Positions 8,189-14,227 of a stretch of 46,550 nucleotides of DNA are shown one piece after another. The notes below the pieces were generated by a model. The model had not been told where the DNA came from. It was given only the letters and a program-made list of their open reading frames with translations, and searched no databases. A program made the position numbers and the translations under genes. This DNA comes from Spartobacteria bacterium. GTDB taxonomy: Bacteria; Verrucomicrobiota; Verrucomicrobiia; Chthoniobacterales; Terrimicrobiaceae. Position 1 is the first letter of the stretch. Every line of letters starts with the position of its first letter. The stretch lies in contig CANMQB010000001.1 in assembly GCA_947499885.1 (NCBI GenBank), forward strand, positions 1 through 46,550, in the 5' to 3' direction.

Positions 8189-9166
8189 TCAGGAAGCTTT
8201 GTTCGGATATTGCAGGATGGCCCGGAAGGCACTCGATGCGGCTTGGAATCGAGCATCGAGGCCAGCGCCTATAAACTTATCCAATGTGGAGTGAGTGAGA
8301 GTGCGCCAACCAAGTGTACGACCCCATTTTTCCAGGTCGGAAAAATTCACATCTGCTGTGAGATCGCAGCGGCCAGGAGCTTGATAAATATCCTGACCGG
8401 TGAGGCGTTGGTGGGCCGCGTAGCCTCGCATGCTGCCTAGTCGTCGGCGATGGTGGAGGGCGGGCATGGTGTCTCCGTAGTCAATCGTAAGCATGGCGCC
8501 GGCTTTCCAGTATGGGGCCCACATCTCAAGCCAGCGGCGGTAGGACTCATGAACTTCGATGCGTTGGCCTTTAGCAAATTCGTATTTAAAAATCGTGGAG
8601 TCTGGGAGTGTCGCAGGCTTGAGGATTTCTTCGATGCGCCCGCCTGCGATGCGGATCTGAAGCTCTTGCCAGCCTTCATCTGCGCGTTCAAAAACCCGGC
8701 AGGGGAAGGCGTCCACAAGTTCGTTAGAAAAAATATGAGCTATTCCGCGAACATGTTTGAGAGCGTTTGGGAGTGAGTCATGCCATGTCACACGTCGACC
8801 CTGCAGTAGTTTTTTTTGCACTTCCTGGAGAGGTTGGGAGATTTCCACGATGTGGTACCGGATGCGTTGACGTTTCCACCAACCCAGCGAGTTCAGGATA
8901 CTGTGGGCGAGTTGCCCGCTCCCGGCGCCGATCTCGATCACGTCGCGGCAATTTTCTTTTTGAATCCACGTGGTGATCCTGCTGGCGAGCGACTGGTCGA
9001 GCGTGGCCATCGTCGAGAAATCTCCGTGACGGCCCACGGAATGGATCCGTGTGGAGTAGTAGCCGAAAGCTGGGTTGTAGAGAGCCTCTTCCATGAAGCG
9101 CTCAAAGGGAATCGAGCCGCCAAGCTCGTTCTGCAAGGCGTGCAGGAAGGCCCCCCCCGCGCTCAC
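8189..9166 (-). CDS. MidA/NDUFAF7-family SAM-dependent methyltransferase (DUF185)
   Basis: FMEEALYNPAFGYYS, the SAM-binding VIEIGAGSGQLA motif and NELVDAFP are typical of the MidA family. The ORF-track start at 9208 is a GTG that would overlap the upstream gene by 46 bp. An in-frame GTG at 9166 gives a GTGA overlap with that gene's stop (9163-9165), so I prefer 9166. The start remains uncertain. Confidence 0.8.
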   Translation of the reverse strand: MSAGGAFLHALQNELGGSIPFERFMEEALYNPAFGYYSTRIHSVGRHGDFSTMATLDQSLASRITTWIQKENCRDVIEIGAGSGQLAHSILNSLGWWKRQRIRYHIVEISQPLQEVQKKLLQGRRVTWHDSLPNALKHVRGIAHIFSNELVDAFPCRVFERADEGWQELQIRIAGGRIEEILKPATLPDSTIFKYEFAKGQRIEVHESYRRWLEMWAPYWKAGAMLTIDYGDTMPALHHRRRLGSMRGYAAHQRLTGQDIYQAPGRCDLTADVNFSDLEKWGRTLGWRTLTHSTLDKFIGAGLDARFQAASSAFRAILQYPNKAS

Positions 9167-10431
9167 GGCTTGGTGAGTTGTTCCTCCTGGGCGGTGAGGG
9201 TCTGCCACTTGGTTTTAAACTCCGGATCGTAGCGCTGATCTTGCAGGTCCAACATGAGTTCGCGTTGCTGGACAATTTTTTCTAGTCGCGGTTGGATTGA
9301 TTGCCAGACCTCGCGCAGCAGGCGAAGGGCGCTTGGTTCGCGGTCCCAGAGAACGGCGTAGCTCTGGATGAAATCCACCGCATACGTTGGCTCAGCGCGG
9401 TCGTTGGGAAACCACAAGTGCTTCGGCGGCTCTGCTGTTTCAAGCAGCATGGGGGCGATGTAAATATTCCGCAGGATGGCTTCGATGTATTTGTCCCGGG
9501 CCTCGGTCTCTCGGCTTTCGAGTGAGCAGCTCAATGCCCAGCCGAACAGGAAGGATGGCTCCTTGAAGTCGGAAGCGTAGTCTTTCTCGTAGCGTACAAA
9601 AAATTTTTCCGCCTTGTCGGGTGCATCCGCAAGAAGATGAAGCATGGGGATGAAAAAACGGGCGCCTTGGTTGTCTACGGGATTGTAGGTGATGAGATTC
9701 TCGAGGGCGGTACAGGCTTCGACGAAACGTCCGAGATGCCAGTCCGTCATGGCCCGGCCATAGATCGCTCTCAGATAGGGGCGGGTGGCGTGGTCCTTCC
9801 ACCAAATGGTGTTTGGCGGCCGTTGAAGTTCGCTCTCGCGGCGGATAACCTCGTCATACGCCTCGCCGCAAGCTTTCCAATTGCCACCGCTGAATTCCAA
9901 GTCTGCCAGTTCGATGCGCGCCGGTGAGTGGTCTGGATCCTTTTCCAGTGCGAGCCGGAGAAGGATTTGTTTCTTAGACTGCGAGCGGACACGGAGCGCC
10001 GTGCGTACCAGGCCGGATGCCACATCGCGCGGAGGCGGGTTGGCTTGCTCAGGCTTGCCATTGCGTAGTACCAGCAGGCTTGTCACTGCTTGGAGCTCTT
10101 CCGAAATGGATTTGGACGCTGGAGTAAAGCGGATGTTTATTTTTGCCTCGGATGAGAAGGCTCGCCAGTCTTCCTCCTCCCAGTCCTCATGTTGCGGTAC
10201 GAGGAGTTGGTCTGGGGGAGGGGTTTTTTCGAGAATGCGGTAAAGGAGGTTTTCAATCCGGGCCTGATCGAGTTCCTCCATGAGCTCGGGAGGGGCAATC
10301 GGGGCGCCTGTGCGGTCGCAGATGACGATCAGAGTGGGTAAGACCCAATCTGAGCCGCTTGGAACAGGCTCTTCGAGGTCAAGCCAGTGGAGATGCCAAG
10401 TATTGCGAGGAGTCTTCAGGGCCTGGATCAT
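9163..10431 (-). CDS. Hypothetical protein, about 422 aa, with an acidic Trp-containing linker and an alpha-helical (TPR-like) C-terminal half
   Basis: Long ORF with coding-like composition. The ATG at 10431 forms an ATGA overlap with the stop of the upstream exonuclease-like gene (the ORF-track start at 10440 is TTG). I recognise no catalytic motif. The helical-repeat call comes only from the sequence pattern (for example LRAIYGRAMTDWHLGRFVEACTALENLITYNP). Confidence 0.7.
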   Translation of the reverse strand: MIQALKTPRNTWHLHWLDLEEPVPSGSDWVLPTLIVICDRTGAPIAPPELMEELDQARIENLLYRILEKTPPPDQLLVPQHEDWEEEDWRAFSSEAKINIRFTPASKSISEELQAVTSLLVLRNGKPEQANPPPRDVASGLVRTALRVRSQSKKQILLRLALEKDPDHSPARIELADLEFSGGNWKACGEAYDEVIRRESELQRPPNTIWWKDHATRPYLRAIYGRAMTDWHLGRFVEACTALENLITYNPVDNQGARFFIPMLHLLADAPDKAEKFFVRYEKDYASDFKEPSFLFGWALSCSLESRETEARDKYIEAILRNIYIAPMLLETAEPPKHLWFPNDRAEPTYAVDFIQSYAVLWDREPSALRLLREVWQSIQPRLEKIVQQRELMLDLQDQRYDPEFKTKWQTLTAQEEQLTKP

Positions 10432-10967
10432 AGGCGCCAATCTACATCGAGGCTGTTTCTGCGGCCAAACCGGTCATTGAAGTAGATTTTTTTATTGGCA
10501 GCCCCAAACTCATGGACGAGGCGCGTTACTTTGACGTCAAAGCAGCAGTATTTTGCTATCTCGAGAATCTTGCCCTCGCGCCACCAGCGAATGGCATCCA
10601 GCCCATCGGCAGTTTTTCCCACGCCGAGAGTGGCTTGCGCAATATCCTCCAGCTTGAGGCGGTGGCCGGCGATGCGCTCCACTTCCTGCAACAGGTCGAG
10701 TGAGACGAGGTTTTCGCGCAGGTCGAGAATCGTATAAGCCATGAGCACATCGTAGTCGAACCGCACATGGTTGAAACCGACAATCAAATCTGCGCGCTGA
10801 AGTCGGCGTATGAGCTGTTCCGCCCGGTCTTCGGCAAAAATCTCATAGGTTTGATCCTTTGAGCTGTAGGTGACGCCTAGCGACATCCCCATTTCGTGCT
10901 TTTTATCCCAGCCTCCGACATCGTTCGCGGTCCGCTGGGTTTCAAGGTCGAAGTAAACAATATCCAT
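10428..10967 (-). CDS. RNase H-fold DEDDy-type 3'-5' exonuclease-like protein (YprB / RNase_H_2-like)
   Basis: Exo I is YFDLET, Exo II is GFNHVRFDYDVL and Exo III is YCCFDVKVT. 179 aa, ATG start, 47 bp downstream of the dnaA stop. Confidence 0.75.
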   Translation of the reverse strand: MDIVYFDLETQRTANDVGGWDKKHEMGMSLGVTYSSKDQTYEIFAEDRAEQLIRRLQRADLIVGFNHVRFDYDVLMAYTILDLRENLVSLDLLQEVERIAGHRLKLEDIAQATLGVGKTADGLDAIRWWREGKILEIAKYCCFDVKVTRLVHEFGAANKKIYFNDRFGRRNSLDVDWRL

Positions 10968-11014
10968 TTGCTGCGGGGCCTGAATCGCCTGCTTCCCGTT
11001 CTTGATACGTTGAA

Positions 11015-12361
11015 TTAGCGTTGGAGCTTACTGTCTAAAAGGCTAATGATCTGACGCGTCTTCTCGTCGTCTGCCATGCGTTTTTTTATGAGCTTGCAAG
11101 CATGGATGACTGTGCCATGGTCCCGCCCTCCAAAAGCATCGCCAATATCGGTGAGCGGCATGCTCGTGTGTTGCCGAGTCAGGTACATGGCAAATTGACG
11201 CGCCAACGCGATATTGGCTGGCCGGCGTTTGCTGCTCATGTCCGCAATGCGGACGTCGAAGTGCTCCGCCACGCAGCGTTGAATTTGATCGATGGTGACC
11301 GCTTTTTTTGCCTGCTCCTGAAAAATATCGCGCAGGAGATTTTCAATGACGTCGCGTGTTATTTCTTTTTCACTAAGCGATTTGTATGAGGCGACACGCA
11401 TGAGCGCCCCTTCGAGGCGGCGGACGTTATTACGAATTTTGTCGGCAAGAAATTCAATGATCCAAGGCTCGAGAACGAGGTTCAGGCTTGCCGCCTTGCT
11501 GCGGAGAATTGCGATCCTCGTCTCGGTGTCGGGCGGTTGGGTTTCCGCCGTCATGCCCCATTCAAAGCGGGACACAAGCCTCTGCTCGAGCTTTTCAATC
11601 TCGCTGGCCGGCCGGTCGCTCGATAAAACGATCTGTTTGTGAGAGTCGTGAAGTGCGTTGAATGTGTGGAAAAATTCCTCCTGCGAGCGTTCCTTGCCAG
11701 CGAAAAACTGAATGTCGTCAATGAGGAGGACGTCGGCTTGGCGGTATTTTTTTCTGAACTTGACCAGGGTTCCATGTTGGATGGCGTCAATGAACTCGTT
11801 CGTGAATTGCTCACTAGAAAGGTAAACAACCTTTGAGGTTTTTCCCTTCTGCAAAACATGGTGTCCAATGGCGTGCAGGAGATGGGTCTTCCCTAGTCCA
11901 CTCACACCATAAACGAAGAGCGGGTTGTAAGTGGTGGCAGGTGAGTTTGCGACAGCTAAAGCAGCGGAGTACGCAAACTCGTTGTTTGTTCCAACAACAA
12001 AGGAATCGAAACGGTTTCGTGGATTCAGGCCCTGCACCGAAGCCCCACTGGCCTTTTCTTTGATAGTCTTCGTGGGGGAGGGAGCTGGCGGTTCGTTGTG
12101 GAAGTCGCGTTCATCCGCGCTCTGGAGCTGTAGCGTCGTCACTCTCGGCATCTCTTCAAAAACCGCTTCCTTGACGATCGGCAGGTAGTTGCTCTCAATG
12201 AAAAACTGGTGGATGGGGTTGGGTACGGAAAGAGTCAGTGTCTCACCCGATAGGGAGGCTACTTGGATACCGGAAAACCAGCGCTCAAAGCCATCCGCAC
12301 TCACACGCTCTCTAATGCGTTTTGAGACGCGGGTCCACAGGGTTGAATCTAAAGTCATCAT
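11015..12361 (-). CDS. dnaA: Chromosomal replication initiator protein DnaA
   Basis: AAA+ Walker A is GVSGLGKTHLLHAIG, Walker B is LLIDDIQF, sensor motifs are present, and the domain IV DNA-binding region is RQFAMYLTRQHTSMPLTDIGDAFGGRDHGTVIHA. Confidence 0.98.
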   Translation of the reverse strand: MMTLDSTLWTRVSKRIRERVSADGFERWFSGIQVASLSGETLTLSVPNPIHQFFIESNYLPIVKEAVFEEMPRVTTLQLQSADERDFHNEPPAPSPTKTIKEKASGASVQGLNPRNRFDSFVVGTNNEFAYSAALAVANSPATTYNPLFVYGVSGLGKTHLLHAIGHHVLQKGKTSKVVYLSSEQFTNEFIDAIQHGTLVKFRKKYRQADVLLIDDIQFFAGKERSQEEFFHTFNALHDSHKQIVLSSDRPASEIEKLEQRLVSRFEWGMTAETQPPDTETRIAILRSKAASLNLVLEPWIIEFLADKIRNNVRRLEGALMRVASYKSLSEKEITRDVIENLLRDIFQEQAKKAVTIDQIQRCVAEHFDVRIADMSSKRRPANIALARQFAMYLTRQHTSMPLTDIGDAFGGRDHGTVIHACKLIKKRMADDEKTRQIISLLDSKLQR

Positions 12362-12633
12362 TGTATTTTTATTTGCCTAGCGCGGTGCTGGCAAGACCAA
12401 GGCTAAAGGTTGTTGAGAATCGCGTAAAAACCGTTCGGCATCTACTCAAAAAAAAGGGGCAGAGTGAATCTAGTGGGTCAGTGAATTGAAAAACAACGTT
12501 GTATGTATTTTTCAAAAAACAACTTAAAGTATATCTGGGCTCGTGCGCTGTTGAGTCTTTTTCATTGGTCTCTTGGCGGAGCTTCGAGCTTGATTCCGGT
12601 GCCAAGAAAAGGCCATAGAATGAAGAGAAAAAG

Positions 12634-12653
12634 TTATTCACAAGTTATACACA
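12634..12653 (+). promoter_or_regulatory. Two tandem DnaA boxes (TTATTCACA and TTATACACA) upstream of dnaA
   Basis: Both 9-mers fit the TTATNCACA consensus perfectly. They share orientation and have an 11-bp centre-to-centre spacing (12634-12642 and 12645-12653), about 275-290 bp upstream of the dnaA start. Confidence 0.6.
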
Positions 12654-12816
12654 CGCTGGGAGTTGATGTCGCCTGCTGAGGAGGCAGACTAAAAACGTCC
12701 TATCCCTCGCTCAAGAAAAAAGTCATTAAAACAGGAAGAAAAAGTTTCAATTGTTGCACAGAAAATCTTGACTCCCCCATCGAGGGCTTATTTATCGCAT
12801 TCTTTTATGTGGGGGG

Positions 12817-12898
12817 TGCTCGGGGAGGGACTTGAACCCACACTCCTTGCGGAACCAGATCCTAAGTCTGGCGCGTCTGCCAATTTCGCCACCCGAGC
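12817..12898 (-). tRNA. tRNA-Leu (anticodon UAG)
   Basis: The reverse complement folds as a class II tRNA. The acceptor is GCTCGGG/CCCGAGC, the D-loop is AATTGGCAGA, and the anticodon stem CCAGA/TCTGG carries the loop CTTAGGA. It has a long variable arm (TTCCGCAAGGAGT), a T-loop TTCAAGT and discriminator A. There is one T:T mismatch in the T stem, and no encoded CCA (the sequence continues CCC). Confidence 0.88.
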
Positions 12899-13029
12899 TT
12901 TTGAGTGAATGGTCGCTTGGCAAGCTGCCAATGAAACCGCGAGCTGTTACCATCGTAACTTGTGGCAGTGGGATCAAGCGTAAAATCCGCCTTGCCAGCT
13001 TCCTTGAGTGGAACTACGTGTGGTGGCTC

Positions 13030-13569
13030 ATGGATACACAAGGCGAAATCATTTTAGGCCGCGACTGCGATGCGGTGCAAATTCCAAGCGGGCACCCGAT
13101 CGTTCTGCCTGCGGGCATGTCTGTGGTCATCACCCAGTCGTTGGGCGGGACTTTTACCGTTGCCACGCCCGGCGGATTGGCTCGCATTGATCTGAAGGAT
13201 GCCGATGCTCTGGGATTGGATCCAGCCGAGGGCCTTCAAAAAGTGAAAGTCGAAGGCAGTAAGCAGGACGCGGTTTGGAATCAGCTGAAATTGGTTTTTG
13301 ATCCGGAAATTCCCGTGAATGTCGTGGATCTTGGCCTGATCTATGATTGTGAGGTCAAGACGCAAGAGAATGGAACCAGCTCGGTGTTGGTTAAAATGAC
13401 TCTCACTGCGCCAGGTTGCGGCATGGGGCCAACGATTGCGGCCGACGCTCGCAGCAAAATCCTCGCCCTCGAGGGGATTGATGAAGCCGACGTCGAACTC
13501 GTCTGGGATCCCGCTTGGAATCAATCTATGATCAGCGAGGCAGGGAAGATGAAGCTGGGAATCCTCTAA
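13030..13569 (+). CDS. sufT: Fe-S cluster assembly protein SufT (DUF59 / FeS_assembly_P family)
   Basis: The N-terminal SufT-type domain is RDCDAVQIPSGHPIVLPAGMSVVITQSLGGTFTV...DADALG. The DUF59 core is VFDPEIPVNVVDLGLIYD...TLTAPGCGMGP. The ORF-track start at 12832 runs across the tRNA, so the ATG at 13030 is used. Confidence 0.87.
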   Translation: MDTQGEIILGRDCDAVQIPSGHPIVLPAGMSVVITQSLGGTFTVATPGGLARIDLKDADALGLDPAEGLQKVKVEGSKQDAVWNQLKLVFDPEIPVNVVDLGLIYDCEVKTQENGTSSVLVKMTLTAPGCGMGPTIAADARSKILALEGIDEADVELVWDPAWNQSMISEAGKMKLGIL

Positions 13570-13705
13570 GCCGCTTGCCGACTCTCGTGTTGAGGGTTTT
13601 TCCTTCACGATCAATTAAAACATTGGGCTACCTCAAAGTTCGCCTTAGGGCTAGGAGTGGGCACGATCTCCCTGTGCAAATGGATTTTTTGGTTTAGATT
13701 GCTTT

Positions 13706-14182
13706 GTGAAACTTCCAATTTTTGCCATCCTTTTTGCCAGCCTATCCCTTGTGAAAGCCGAAGATACAAAGCCCGCCCTGACTCCGCTTCAGGAACACGT
13801 CACGATGCATTGCGGCACCGAGCCGCCGTTCCAAAACGAATATTGGGACAACAAGCGCGAGGGTATCTATGTTTGCATTGTTTCAGGAGAGGCCTTGTTC
13901 AGCTCTCTCGATAAATTCGACTCTGGCACGGGCTGGCCCAGCTTCATTCGTCCATTAAAAGACGATACCATTGAAGAAAAGGCTGACCTCGCGCATGGAA
14001 TGCAACGTGTTGAAGTCCGTTCGATCGAGGGGAATTCTCATCTTGGGCACGTTTTTCCGGATGGCCCTGCTCCTACTGGCATGCGTTATTGCATCAACTC
14101 GGCTGCCCTGCGCTTTATCCCGAAAGACGACCTCGAAAAGCAGGGCTATGCAAAATACAAGGCGCTCTTTGAAAAAACCTGA
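13706..14182 (+). CDS. msrB: Peptide-methionine (R)-S-oxide reductase MsrB with a predicted N-terminal signal peptide
   Basis: [17 protein letters not shown] and the catalytic RYCINSAAL motif are present. The N-terminus [20 protein letters not shown] looks like a Sec signal peptide. The start codon is GTG. Confidence 0.9.
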   Translation: MKLPIFAILFASLSLVKAEDTKPALTPLQEHVTMHCGTEPPFQNEYWDNKREGIYVCIVSGEALFSSLDKFDSGTGWPSFIRPLKDDTIEEKADLAHGMQRVEVRSIEGNSHLGHVFPDGPAPTGMRYCINSAALRFIPKDDLEKQGYAKYKALFEKT

Positions 14183-14227
14183 CGTTTTTGGTGTGTTTGC
14201 CCGAGTCGGTTGAGGATCGCAATTACT

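Noticed and set aside
12369-12641. 90-aa ORF on the minus strand in the dnaA upstream region.
   Set aside because: It has no recognisable motif and lies in AT-rich, repeat-containing DNA that carries DnaA boxes. It would start inside the box cluster. It is more parsimonious as non-coding origin or promoter DNA.
12832-13029. Upstream part of the 245-aa ORF leading into sufT.
   Set aside because: It reads straight across the tRNA-Leu gene on the opposite strand, and SufT homology only begins at the ATG at 13030.
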